This document shows, piece by piece, positions 35,301 through 48,400 of a stretch of DNA of 64,000 nt. Numbering within the stretch: the first letter of the stretch is position 1; each line of letters starts with the position of its first letter. Where the stretch lies: positions 19,973,045 through 20,037,044 of the forward strand of contig NC_092680.1 in NCBI RefSeq assembly GCF_964355755.1, in the 5' to 3' direction. This DNA comes from Antedon mediterranea (lineage: Eukaryota; Animalia; Echinodermata). The position numbers were made by a program, and so were the translations under genes. A model generated the notes under the pieces. The model ran no database searches and was not told where the DNA came from. It was given only the letters and a program-made list of their open reading frames with translations.

Positions 35301-37105
35301 CGGTGTTGACGTATTGAGATTTAAAACGAAAAATATGTTGGCTATATATTTTTATTTGTAGGTTATGATAAATAGTAATCTTAAAACGGTATATATATTA
35401 TATATATATTATTGGTATGATTATTTGTTATTATGCAGATTTTAGATTATCTACAGGATCATTTAGCAACTAAGTGTAAAGTCGGCTACAAACTGTCCGT
35501 ACTTTGCATAGCGTGTAAACCTTCAAAGCCTCATTTCCATGATCTTCAACGATGCTTAGACAACCCGACTGTTCCATGTGAAAGAAACTCAATGATTACA
35601 CAAGGTTTCCAAAGACTGTTTCTAACAGGTGATTATCAATAACAATGTGCAATTACTTGGTTTTCACGATAAGCATATAGATCACAAATAAATGAATGTT
35701 CTTTTTTAATAGTTTCTGAAAACTATACAAAAATATATGCATTCAAATACAGTAATATGTAGAACTGTTGTTACAATTAGTATTTTATGAGGTAAGGCTA
35801 GCAGATGCAGTCAATAAAAAAGTTACAATAAATGGAATCGATATTTTATTTTCAGATCCAAAACGGCCAACAATACCGAAAAAACCGACATTGATAAAGT
35901 CAGGTAACTAACTTACACTAATCTATATTATAATAATTTTTCCACGTAATTAAACAAAGTTAGTATTTGATAATTTCAGATTAGAACTGAAATTTAGGCG
36001 CATAAACAATAATTCGTTGGCGATGTACTTTTACTTTTTGATATTATGCTTATATTGAATTAAAACATATTTTTTTAGCCACAGGACAGCAAGTAGGTAC
36101 ATTAAGGCGAGGTAACTATACAATGACTTTTTTTATAATAGAAATTAGCCCTCCTCCTCAATATTAAAAGACGATGCACCAAATTATTCGCGTATGATTC
36201 ATTGGCGATAAAAACAATATAGGCCTAATAGTGATAATTCAAAGGAGATCATGCCTACATCTCCAAAACTGCTGCTAATAATAACAATTGTATTATCAAT
36301 AATATAATAATACCAGTATTTATAAAAAATAAAACTTATTTAAAATAGTTTTCTTTAAACAAAATCGTATCGTTTAATAATGATAACATTTGTAACGAAT
36401 TATTAAACCTAAATAATATAAAGTTGCTATTTACATATGCATTAAGAAATAATAAAATAATTGAAATAACTGTATGATGTTACAGAATAACTATATATTT
36501 CTATAATTTAGGTATATAATCAAATAACAGCAATCATTATAACAGTTGATATTGTCTTTATAGAATCTCGGGAAAAGAAATTTCAGCAAATGTTGATGCA
36601 GGTGTCGAAATGGTTTGAGGAACATATTTCACTCGATATGCTGAAGACGCTATGCAAAGACAAAATAAAGTGTCTAAGCGACTTACAGAAGGCTGAAACA
36701 CCCAAAGAATTGTTCGAGTTTATGAAAAACGATGGCCATCTTACGGCTATCAACTTTAAAATTATCATCGAAATAATCGATGTTACTGGTAAAACGGGAG
36801 TTCTGGAGGTCAACAAACTGTTAAAGGACACTTACGAAAAAGCCGACCATCAGATAAAATCTTTCACACGGTATCGCCAAAAGCTGATCGATTTCGGTAC
36901 CAGACTGGGAGATGACAACATAGCAACACTGATCCAACTAGAGAATGTCTCTAAGAAACACAGAAACAACCAATGGACTGTGATATTGGATCTTGAACAA
37001 AGGGGTATCCTAAACGAACATTACTTGCAACCATTTATCGATAATTTAAAAGATAATGAATTAACATCAATGGCTAAAATATTAGAAGAAGCTACTCAGT
37101 GTTGA
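23396..37105 (+). CDS. Roco-family GTPase paralog A (ankyrin repeats-Roc-COR-tandem DED, no kinase), ~1142 aa; 22 exons: 23396-23418, 23698-23794, 24492-24605, 24864-24965, 25481-25600, 26027-26129, 27387-27552, 30443-30546, 30702-30832, 30929-30974, 31881-32143, 32433-32552, 32693-32893, 33161-33397, 33620-33820, 34094-34264, 34519-34845, 35184-35273, 35439-35628, 35856-35903, 36079-36111, 36564-37105
   Basis: Ankyrin-like GKTPLH..CL...LMTYGA and KTPIDL; Roc G1 MFLGKEGAGKTS, G3 WDYAGQ, G4 LVATHKD; COR-like IPIKWVDF, LNYLTDTGIILY, GILDEALLRHLW, FLVPS; last exon with two death-fold units (FQQML...; FTRYRQKLIDFG...VILDLEQRGIL). Exons are phase-consistent, sum to 3429 nt and are mirrored in paralog B. 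Confidence 0.85.
27012..27350. repeat. 21-bp minisatellite (TGCAACCATGTCCAGCATTGT) x ~16, intronic
   Basis: Near-perfect head-to-tail units ending ~36 bp before the Roc G1 exon acceptor at 27387. Absent from the matching intron of paralog B. Confidence 0.97.
27747..30109. mobile_element. Non-autonomous DNA transposon, 2363 bp, 8-bp TSD (P-element-like or hAT)
   Basis: TSD GTGTAGAT at 27739-27746 and 30110-30117. TIRs CAAAGATACTATAGCGCCACGAAGTGGCGCAAGAT / ATCTTGCGCCACTACGTGGCGCTATACGATCTTTG, plus subterminal aattccatgggcagccattccggcaagc in inverted orientation. No transposase ORF seen. Confidence 0.85.
28140..28600 (+). mobile_element. Probable 3' remnant of a non-LTR retrotransposon nested in the DNA transposon
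   Basis: Short ORF end (...WKIKKKTEAVRELGIFNKNVQDNIAFY*), T-rich UTR-like stretch, AATAAA and a (TGAA)n microsatellite tail at ~28587-28600. No RT motif is visible. Confidence 0.35.
30136..30317. mobile_element. Palindromic MITE (partial second copy at ~33021-33110)
   Basis: ttcacacctgttc...atcgaacgtcaatgtttcgtttt mirrored by aaaacgaaacattggcgttcgatt...gaacaggtgtgaaagacc. The copy at 33021 starts ggtctttcaaacctgttccgg. Confidence 0.75.
30985..31742. mobile_element. Kolobok-like non-autonomous DNA transposon (758 bp, ~170-bp TIRs, TTAA TSD)
   Basis: TTAA|AGGATATCTTGACCGAGAACCAT...ATGGTTCTCGGTCAAGTTGTCCT|TTAA. RR...YY termini with a TTAA TSD fit Kolobok rather than piggyBac (CC...GG). Absent from the 116-bp equivalent intron of paralog B (52443-52558). 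Confidence 0.85.
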
Positions 37106-38426
37106 CAAAATATGTGCTTTGGATGTTGTATGGAGAGACAAAATCGCCTAAGTACATTGGATAATCAACATGTAGACTATAATTGTAAGCTACGGATTAT
37201 TTCGCGCCACTCTGTACATTAGCATCAATTAAAAAAATCAGGTTTATTTGAAAATAATAAAATTGTATTGTAGATTAAATTGAAATGCACCAAATTTACT
37301 TATCAAAACATTTACGTCTTTATCAAATTTCCTCTATGAACAAATTGTCTCCATAACGGTCTGCCAGTGGCCGTTCTATAAGTTTCCTGGAAAAGTAAAA
37401 ATTGGAAGACGAGGCTTTCCTTCTTTATTCTCTCCACCAATTTTCAAAATCAAGCTCTCTTCCCATTCTGACAATATACATACTACTGTATGTTAATCTT
37501 GTTATAATAAACTATTGATTGTCTTTTGTTTGATATAGGGGCCACATTTAACTATCGTACGACCATAATCATGTACCATCATGTCACCGGCATTTGACCT
37601 TGTTTAGCATACTTTTTTGTTTTGATCGATTGATCGATTTACCAATTGATCGATATTAGTGTTCTCTATCTATAGTTTCAGTTATTAGTAAGTAGCAGTA
37701 GCTGACTAATCAGATTATTAATACCAACATTGGTAAAAGTGGTTTTATTCCTTTCCTTCTTGCCAATAATGTGGCCCGATTTTACGTCAAGGAAATAATA
37801 TGTTGAATTAACCATAGCAAAAGCTACAAATTCAAAATGTATACGTTTAGAATATTTCAAACCATTGCTTATAGATTTATTGCCATTAGTGGATAGGCTA
37901 TCTTCATGTAGCTTTTGTAACTGGTAATAAGGTACCATGCATATAGTTACTTACTAAAATTTTGATAATGAATATCCAAAAGCCAAATTTAATTTAATCT
38001 AAAATAAACGATAACTTATACTTGGTTTGATTCAGCATTTTTGTTGATCGGGCATCAAAGTTTTATCGTTAAAATGACTTTTATACACCTCAATTAAAAT
38101 TAGTAACTTAAATACATTTCTTTGTTACAAATGGCATATAATATTATTTAATCATTTTCTTGACTACTTTTAGTTTTATTTAGTTATTTTACCATGTTCA
38201 TTTATAAACATTGTAATAATATAGCCCTACAATCATTTGAAGATATCTCATTTTAAAAACACTCTTATAATGCAATACTATTAACTATTTTTTCAACCAC
38301 ATCTATATACTTTTTGGAAAAGAATCATAATCGACTTAAACATAATGTAGAGGATATACAATAATAACAATCGTTATCATTGAGGTATAACAATGATTAT
38401 TTTGATTTAAATACTATTTTCTATAA

Positions 38427-38837
38427 AGCGTGGTTCCCACTAGCGACGCAACACACAAGGACGTAACGCAACGCAAGTGAAATGACCAATCACAAGCGAT
38501 GGCTTATTCGCTTGTGATTGCTAACTGTCTATAAGTTCGCTTGTCATTGGTTAAAACTCTTGCGTTGCGTTTACGTCCTTGCGTTACGTTCTAGTGGGAA
38601 CCAAGCTTAACTGTCTATAACTTCGCTTGTCATTGGTTAAAACTCTTGCGTTGCCTTTACGTCCTTGCGTTACGTTCTAGTGGGAACCAAGCTTTGCGTT
38701 GCCTTTACGTCCTTGCGTTACGTTCTAGTGGGAACCAAGCTTTGCGTTGCCTTTACGTCCTTGCGTTACGTTCTAGTGGGAACCAAGCTTTGCGTTGCCT
38801 TTACGTCCTTGCGTTACGTTCTAGTGGGAACCAAGCT
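38427..38837. mobile_element. Harbinger/PIF-like MITE (38427-38607, TAA flanks) followed by re-duplicated right half and four 48-bp tandem copies of its right end
   Basis: taa|AGCGTGGTTCCCACTAG...CTAGTGGGAACCAAGCT|taa, then ttgcgttgcctttacgtccttgcgttacgttctagtgggaaccaagct x4 at 38646-38837. Confidence 0.85.
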
Positions 38838-39394
38838 TTAGGTAATAATTCCTCCATTCTTTTTTAATTATCGGATACTGATTATATTTTTACATAGAAA
38901 TTAAAGTTTATTGTTTTTGAATGATATAATAATATGTAAATATTGGTAAATATAAGTAATTAAAAGTGAAAAACAAAACATTTCAGCCGGTTTTCATCTC
39001 TGTTTCAGTTGCGTACATTCTAAAACTTATGCGTTTCAATAAAGTGGTATATAATAGTAGGGAGGCTACATATCAAGTAGCAGCCACTTTTGGTTACTTT
39101 CTTCAATGCTTTATTTGTTGAACACTTTACAATATTTAAAAAAGGGGGTGGGGTGGGATAGAGAATTGGGTTGCGAAGTAATTGGGAGTGTGTCCAGGAA
39201 ATTTTTCCCTAGTAAACACTAGATGTGATTTCATTTTGTTTTGTTCTACCACATGCATGAAGGTGAGGACCAAGTGAGTGGGCTGGGTATAATCCACCAT
39301 GATTGATTTTGAAAACAAAAAAATCAGATGACATAAAGAAACGATAGTTGCTGAATTGTAAAGAAAATCAAGAAATATAGCTAATTTTAAGAAG

Positions 39395-39845
39395 CTTACT
39401 GTTTGCCATCGTCGCTCGATGGACAAGGTTTTACAGAAACTTCTGTAACATTAAAATTGTTGGCATGAAAGAAATTTTACAAAACTTTCAGTGAAATTGT
39501 TAATTATCTTTACAATTTTTGTTTTGGATCTCAAGATTGCCGTGAAGACAATATTTATGTCAAGTTCTTCAGGTATAAATATATTCTTCCACCTTCATCG
39601 AGTGTTTCGTATTACCAATGATTCACTTATAATTTCACTCTTCCCTGGTTGCATCATAAACATTTCCAAATGACTTGGGTGTTACTTTTTTTTGTTAGAG
39701 GCCCCCAACATACATAGTAGGTCTAGAACCTTTATATCAAACACGAACACTTGTCATTGTTTGTTAAACTTTTCCTCGTTGGTGCTTTCAACGGATGGGC
39801 ATCACGGAAAGCTTCTCAACTTCACAAACAATTTATTTAATTCTG
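39395..39845 (-). pseudogene. Decayed duplicate of PH-domain exons of the ephexin-like gene at 61969-63816
   Basis: Minus strand tgaagttgagaagc...atccgttgaaagcaccaacgaggaaaagttt matches the exon at 63628-63816. ttttaatgttacag|aagtttc...aaaacctt.tcc...|gtaagc matches the exon at 63191-63261 including splice sites. Stops and indels are present. Confidence 0.7.
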
Positions 39846-40054
39846 AATGTAATAATAAGTCGTGTTATTTATACATATTTCTATGGTTAATTTCAGAGTT
39901 CTCTTTAAAACATAATACTGAATGAAGTGATCATTTTTATTAGGGTTGGCTGTTGTATATTTACCTTAAACTGTACGACTATGAGAACTACCTTTTTCCT
40001 GAAAGTGTTTACCTGCTACCAGTTAACCTTGGTAAAATCTGTCTGAAGAGCGAA

Positions 40055-41050
40055 TAATTATTTTTATTTATTTATTCGGTATATAAAAATATATTACAAA
40101 ACGACAGTCAAGGACTGAAATGAATTGTATTACACAATAATTAAAAATTAGTTAAAATTGCCATAAAAATAGAAACATCTAATTAAAATTAGATATCGTA
40201 CCATAAAATTATAAAACATACATGAATAAAAAACCTTAAAACATTCACTTATTACATATCTAAAAAAGAGCTAGTGGTGCCTATTAATTATATCCACCAT
40301 GGTGGGAACTGGAGATGACCTAAGTCTGCTGGTTTTACAATGAGGTACTTCTAGAAAGCGGTTGAATCTGAGAGACCGAGCAGGCTTATGAAGAGGGGGA
40401 AGTATTTCTCTAAACAGCTCGGATTTTAATAAGCCTTCCCCGAAAGACAACACCAGTTTGTTTCTTCTCTCAACAAGAGTGGGTAAGCCAGTAACAGACA
40501 ATGCATAATAATAGCACAAATAGTTGTTACCTAGCATGATTCGCAATGCTCTCTTTTGTACCTTTTCAATAGACTTGGACATATCCTTAGTGATAGCGCC
40601 ATGCCAAACAGGGGCAGCGTATTCTAAATCTAATAGGTCTTATATAAGCCATATAAACAGTCAACAGATCATTAATTAAGATTCCAGCTTTCTTCAAAAT
40701 GCACAAGGAAAATAAACGTCTAGAAGCTCTAGACACAATATTATTAGTGTTAAGTTCCCATTTCAGGTCATTTTGAATGATTACACCAAGAAGCGTCATG
40801 TGATCAACTACTTGTAAAATGGAACCACTCAGACTAAAAGAAGGCGATATAATATCGTCCGACTTGTCCTTAAGAAAATTGACAACCAAGATATGGCATT
40901 TGGAGGGTTTGGGTATCATGTTATTGGATGAACACCAAACACTCAGATCATATAACAGGGATTGTATGGAAGGCAAATCACCTTTGCGAACGAACTCCCC
41001 AAGGGTGAGGTCATCCACATATTTCCATTGTCTGCAGCAATCAACACAAG
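40055..41050 (-). mobile_element. 5'-truncated LINE (CR1/L2 group) reverse-transcriptase fragment
   Basis: WKYVDDLTLGE, WCSSNNMIPKPSKC, LLGVIIQNDLKW, IEKVQKRALRIM, GLPTLVERR; frameshift near 40620-40635; (AATAA)n tail near 40055-40076. Confidence 0.9.
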
Positions 41051-41639
41051 CATAAGTACTAGGAAAAGTACAGGGCCAAGCAATTATAAATGCTATGAAT
41101 ACAATAACTGTTTATCCAGCAATTCAATCTGAACCAAGGTGCGTGTTGGAATGTGTCACTGTTCACTGGTCTTTTTGTACGCAGTTGACAAATACCACTA
41201 ACGTATTATACTGTATAATAGAATTTGTCATAAATATTCCCAGTTAACTATTTATTTTATAAATTCTATTTATTCTTGTTTGATAAATTAAAGATTGTTT
41301 GGAATCACAGGAAAATACTAACAAAATACCAATGAATTTTTAGACCTAGGCCCATTGTTGACAAATGAGAAATATACTAAATAAAAGTTAAACCTACTGT
41401 ATTAACCATAACCATGAATTTACCAGCATAATATCAATACACTACAGTATTCAATAACATACAAAACAAGAAATGCAAAATGCTTGGCAGGAGCAGCTTA
41501 AAAAAATACATCGCTGTAACTCAAATAACCCAGGTATCCATAACATTGTATGATGTTCTGTTCAAACAAACATGGCACTTTCATTCTTTACTCAACAACT
41601 ACAAGTAAACTGAGTGCTTAAGTTATTGTATATTATAAT

Positions 41640-44600
41640 AAATAATAATTTATTAAGAAATGACACCTTTGCATCGGTGGCACACACAGAAATGGTGCAT
41701 CCAATTTAACATAATACATCAAAACAATACATTATATGACGGATACAGGTTCTTAAAATATTTGCAAAAATATAAAAGAAAAATCATTATCAACATGGTA
41801 ATATAGGTACTGTATTAAATTGTCCTACAGTATCATAGGTTTGAGTTGATAATTTAAAAAGGTATATAAAAATAAACATAAAATATAGTAAAGAGTTTAC
41901 ATTACAAACCATTGTGTTTCAACATCAGGTACTGAGGACCTATAGTTGTTATCACAGGTGTATAATATTTACAAATCATATATAAAAGCAACAATACAAA
42001 AAAAACCAATCTATATATTGGGAGATTTAAGTTCTGACCGTTTCTCCCATGCAGCTCTTGTGTATTGTTTACTACTTACTACTAAGAAATATATATTTTA
42101 AACGATCAAAGTCACATTTCAATTTTAGCATAGAATTAAGTACAATATTAGGCCACCTGTGGTCATCTATAGTTATAAAACAATTAAATAGTTTAACTCT
42201 GGACAGTTTAATGGAACCCACCCAAGGTCACCATAAAGTGCCTCTTTTGGAGTATACCGTGGAGCTTTGAGAAGAAAGCGGGTCATTTGCAATTGCACTT
42301 TCTCTAGGTCTTCGTTATCCTTCTTTGATTTATTATACCAAATGCTACAAGCATAATTTATTGGAGGAATTGCAATGGTTTTCCACAGTATGTTTCCATA
42401 GTACACCCGGTTAAAGTCATCAAGGTTAGCTAAGATACCTTTGATATAAGCTATAAGCCGGTTGCCCTTTTGGATAACATGTTCATAATGTGAATGTTCA
42501 CTCATGTTTGAGAAAATATAGATCCCTAAATATTTATAACTATTTACTTCTTTTATCGATTTTTCACCTAATTTCCACTCTTTATTTTTATTTATGCGTT
42601 TTCCAACAGCCATGACATTTGATTTTTCATGATTAAAACCAAGTTTTCATTCTTTGGCGAATATATTGGCAATTTCTAACATTTCAGTCATTTCCCTTTC
42701 ATTATTAGCAATCAATATAACATCATCAACGCAAAAGAGCCCTCCCATCCAGACACCATTCATTCTTACCCCGAAATTGCTTTCACGAAGAAGTTTAACA
42801 AATTCATTAATAAATATAGAAAATAAAATTGGTGAGAGTACACACCCTTGTTTTACTCATTTGTGGATATTAAACTCATCAGTCATGCTTTCCCCCACTT
42901 TTACTTTTGCTTTAAAATTGTCATATAGTGAGCTTATTATTTTCCAAATTTTCCCTCTAAATCCCGTACCCCAGGCACATTTTAGGAGACCACCACGCCA
43001 TACACTATCAAATGCTTTTCGGAAGTCCAGGAAAGCTAGATGTGTATAGTTTTACCTTCAATTGAACGACAAGATAAAATGCTTTTCAATGTAAAGATGT
43101 GATCTTCACAACGGTGATAGGCTCTAAAGCCTCCCTGGACTTCCGAAAGTACATTTTCTTTTTCAACAAAACAAGATATACATTGAGATTACTCTGTTAA
43201 ATATTTTGGAAACACAAGATGTTAATGAGATGCCTCTATAATTATTTAGGTCTTTACGATCTCTCTTATTAAATATTGGTACAACGATACTCATATTCCA
43301 CTCACGTGTACTGGTATTGTTTCTAATTTGATAATTCTATTAAATAAACAAACTAGTGATGCCGCTAAAGCGTCTCCACCATTTTTTAAAAGCTCATTGG
43401 CTATTCCATCAACTCCGATCCCGGAGCTTTATTATTTTTAGCGATTGCAAGTGCCTCAATGATTATATCAAGGTCTATATTAATGTCACATAGTAAATTT
43501 TCGTCATCGTTATCATTACCTAATGTTTTAGAACGCATCTCATAAACCGCCCGCTTTGTTAAATATGTAAAACAATCATAACCGTTATTAGCCTTACCTA
43601 AGTTCTCCCAATACTCTTTAACAAAATAAAGTATTTTTCCTTTATCACAAGTAGTTTCATCTGATTCTGGGATTTTTACACAATTAATGCCTGATTTACT
43701 ACGTTTGTCATTAGACCCTTTTAATATGTTCCAAAAGTCCCTACAGGATGGTAGAGATTGATAATAAAGGAGGATGGTCCTCCTTTATTATCAATCTCTA
43801 CCGATTTATTTATCCTAGTTTCAGTAATTTTCTTAGATATAAGTTTTTTGTATCCTTTTTTCTTGATAAGATTGCCACAGATTATCTGTGTGAGCACAAT
43901 TGGGATCTAATTTCTGAGCGTCTATGAGCACGAGCAGCCTCTCTTCGTTCTGCTATTGCTTTTTAACTTCATTATCAAACCAATGTTTACGTTTTTTACT
44001 TAATTTCTTAATACAACACCATCCTTAGCTGAAGAAACAACAATAGATTTCCAGGATTCCCACAAGTTATCAAATTATTAAAGCCACCAGCATCCCAGTT
44101 GGAAAAGTTGTTTTCAATATTTTCTTGATACTTAATAAAATCCTGAATACCTGCAGTATTCCATACATGATTAGCATAAGAATGATGATTGACAAGAGTG
44201 ATTAGGGTAGTATCTAATTCTAACAAAAGGCTATTGTGATCACTTCCTGTGCCTAGCTTTCTGTCTTCATCAACAATGAACTTTACTACATTATTCAACA
44301 TATTTTTAGAACAAAGTATGTAATCAATGGTGCTTTTCTGATTACCCTTGCACCAAGTAACCACCCCTTCACATAAAGGACTACAGTTTAAAATAAACAT
44401 ATTTGAATCATCCTTAAATTGTAGTAAGCGCTTACCATTACTATTAACCTGTGGATCACCATTAGCAATTTCATGACCAATTTCATGACCAATTCTACCA
44501 TTAAAGTCCCCCATTATCAGAATGAGAGGCTCATGATTTTCTGCATTATTTTCTAATTGGATAACTTCTGATAATAATTGATTAGTCAATTCATCTGATT

Positions 44601-45170
44601 TCTAACTGTCAACTCCATTAACATGGATAATATACTACCGATATATACACTTGTGTGTTTGAATCAAAACACACTTTTACCCAAATTCTTTCGTAGTCAT
44701 CGGATTTACAATTAAAAACATGTCATCTAAAATAGTGATATCTTTCGCAACAAAGGCACCTACACCCCCTCCTCGCTTGTGTTTTCTACATTTACCAAAC
44801 CAATTACAGTATAACCATCTATATCAATATTATTATCATTAGTTAAAAAGGTTTCTGCAACGCCAAAAACCTGAATATTATTCTCTTTGATTAAATGAGC
44901 AATCTCATTGAGTCTAACAGACGTTAACCTATTGATATTATTAAATACTATTTTAATATTACTACACTTGCTTGTTTTTGATCTACCATATTTCTTTCCA
45001 TGTTGTCTGTATTTTCTTCTTTTTGAATCACTTGCATTATTTGAGCTATAATCAGAGTTTATTGTATCAGTTTCTATCTGTAAGTCATTTATTGAATTAT
45101 TAAGTTCATCTCTGTAAGTCCCCCAAAACTTTTTTTTTATAGTTATTCCCGCTGTATTGTTGCTTGCGCG
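41640..45170 (-). mobile_element. Decayed near full-length non-LTR retrotransposon ORF2 (APE endonuclease + RT)
   Basis: APE motifs IMGDFNGRIG, STIDYIL, GSDHN. RT motifs FLDFRKAFDSV, KQGCVLSPILFSIFIN, FCVDDVIL (degenerate YADD), YKYLG. Many frameshifts and stops; boundaries approximate. Confidence 0.9.
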
Positions 45171-45477
45171 TCCCTATGCTTGACGATCCTAATAATATTG
45201 TTATTAAAATAACTCACTCCCTATACAGGAAGCACCTAAGATTAGATCTGAAAAGAATAACAAGTTGATTAGTTATACACCACTACTTGTTAGGGTCACA
45301 ATTGTGTTGCATTCCGTCGAGCTCATTTGTTCGTAAATAATTTACCAGAATAGAATCTGAATTTCGATTTTCCATGGACCTTACCAACAACGCTAACGAT
45401 GGAGCGGGTTCTTTATAAGCACATTAAATTAAAATAATGCAGATTTGTTGACACATTTTATGAAACCAACAACAAAA

Positions 45478-48400
45478 ATGGAGAGTATTCCTGCTAGTGA
45501 GTAAGTACACGATTCGTTGTTCATAATCTTTCATTTTGATCATCATTCATTATGATCACTTTTCATTATGGTCACCTTTCATTATGATCTCCTTCACTAT
45601 GGCCACCTTTCATTATGACCACTTTTCATCATAATCACAGTTCATTATGGTTAACTTTCTTTATGATCACCTTTCACTATAGCCACCTTTCATTATGATC
45701 ACCTTTCATTTTGATCACCTTTCATTATGGCCACCTTTCATTATGATCACCTTTCATTATGATCACTTTTAATTATGAACACCTTTCATTATGAACACCT
45801 TTCATTAGGATCACCTTTCATTATGATCACCTTTCATTATGATCACCTTTCATATAATTATGTATGATCTTTATTTATTTATTCTTTATATTGAGTTGCC
45901 TCTTCAGTCTAAGACTGTTCTCCCAGAGGGCCCAGTGCATTTTATGATGAGTTTGTGACAGTGGCTGTGTGTGAACTAGTACACCGGGTAACCCCCTACT
46001 CGTCTCGAAAGATGTACTAGGTTATTTAAGTGCACATGAGCTAGATGTGTACATTGGACATATAGTTTAATAGTCCTTATCCGAGGAGACTTGTTCAAAA
46101 CCCTGGAGCGAGTGAGCCTCGAACCCTTGCCGATGTTATGGCTACGTATTACGGTTCCACTGTCTCAATAACCACTCGACCACTCACTCACTCGAGCTAT
46201 GTCATCCTTTCATTGATAAAAACTATAATAATACAACCAACAGGTGCTTAATGATCACCTTTATATTCATCCTTTTCTGACAAGCTTTATGTTTTGTTTA
46301 CACTTTATTTAACAGCAACAAATTGTGGCAAGCTATTGTTTCAGGGAAATGGCCAGAAGTTGAACGACTGTGTGCATCCGAACCACAACTTGTAAATACT
46401 ATGTCAGACCGTGTAGGTTGTTGTTTTATATCAAATGATTAGCCTAAAATAATGTTTTGATTTATACAAATGAAAACATGTACGTTATTTGGAACAAGGC
46501 AATCAAGATTGCCTTGTTGTTGTTGACCGTACATATAATTATTATAACGTTAAATAATGACAATTTTTGTTATAAATTCCGTGAATTAAAATTTAACTCT
46601 AATGAAATTTGATTTATTTTGGTGTATCAGTACAGCTAAAAATTAATGTAACCCACATTCCAGCTTCGTGCCTACTTCGTGGCCACGCGTGCTACGAGGT
46701 ATTGTTGTTGATCGCGATCCTACGAACTGCATTGTTTTTTTGATCGCGATCCTACGATAGGCATTGTTTTACCACGCGTCTATTGTTATGTGTTGTTACA
46801 ATGATTGAAAATACAGCAGTTACGCCCGATATTTTTTATTTAGCTTAGCTAGCTAGGCCCAGAGTCTAGCCATTAATGTTTAAAAAAATCAACGAAGTAC
46901 CACACATCCTATACGCTATTAAATTCGTACAGAGTAGGCCTACCAATCTAGCATACCATGCAGTATAACTACTTGGCCTATCCTGTAGGCCTACCGTAAA
47001 TGAAACCTATGAAATACGTCAGAATGTTGCCTTAGGCCTAAATGCAATAAAAATATTATACGGCCAAACTGTGACTTAATAAAATTAAATATCGTATCGC
47101 TATGTTTTAAATTCGACGACATATTATAATTAACAAAATATAAATTTTCCCACTACTAGGCCTAACGGCACTCGTGCGACCGGTGAACCTCAGTGAAGTG
47201 GGCCACGGCCAACTTTTTGTATCAACATGTTTGATTTGCGTGATAATGAAATTCGCTCGACCACCGATGTTTCGCGTGTTTTTTTTTTCGCTACCAGTTG
47301 GTGCACTCTTTAATGTGGGTCATAGGCTATTTGATTTTATTTAAAGAATATATTATTATTTTAGCGGTGTTATGCATACAATATCATAATATCAAATATA
47401 GGCCTAAAACAATTTTTATTCACAACTGTACGCTTTTTTCTGAATAAAATATTTAAGAATAAGGAAAAAGAAAATTATAATTCAAAGGATATTCATAATT
47501 TAATAATGATGATTATGGTATATAATTTATGCATAAATATTTTTGTTAATGTCTCTCTTGAAAACAAATTAAAACCTGTACATAATCCATATACGCATGG
47601 AGTCACTTTAATGTAATACTATATGTATGTTTTTTCTTGTTAGGAGGGTCAAACGTTATTAATGGTTGGTGTGTGGTTGTATAGTATTCCAGAAAACTTA
47701 GTAATTCAGCTGATTGCTCAAGCATCAGATGTTTGCTTAGATTTCAACTTATCACGGGTAAGGACAATCAGATAGAAAACACAACTATTGCGTACACCTT
47801 GATTTACCTTGATCTTGGACATCCTACCGTGATCTTGCAAATCATATTTATGTTTAGTTCCTTTCGTTGTTGGGTCTTTTTTTAATGGAAAGATTTAACA
47901 TACTCTTTAGTTGAACTTCAGAAACAGTAATAATTCTGTCCTTCCTATCTACAGTGCACAGACATGAAGGCAGTTAATTAAAACGAATATGTTGCGTATC
48001 GTTACGTTATGTTATTTTATATGAGACGATTTTTGTGGTAATTTTATGTTCATAGTATCCTGGTACTATTGTTCATTGCTTATCACTCAGAGGGTACTCG
48101 ACCGCATTGAAACTTGTCTTACAACGAAACAGACAACACGTGAATACAGGAGAGGTGAGTAGAGTACAAATTAATAAAACAACTTGCTTTAAAATACGTA
48201 GGTAGACGATCCACGTTAAATGCTATATGGTTATATAAGATAAGATAATGTGTTAATGTCATGGTAACAAACATTTCTATGTAAATGCATTTATATAAGC
48301 AAACAAACATAATAATGTAAATCAGATTGCCTATTGTATATATATTGTGATTATGTAGTTTAAATGCTGACTACACACACTAGGACTAGGACAAAATAGC

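Noticed and set aside
23396-37105. Calling the Roco genes DAPK1 or LRRK orthologs
   Set aside because: No kinase motifs or LRRs were found in either model, and the C-terminus resembles tandem DEDs rather than a single death domain or WD40.
38646-38867. ORF with repeated RCLYVLALRSSGNQAL
   Set aside because: Translation of the 48-bp MITE-end tandem repeat.
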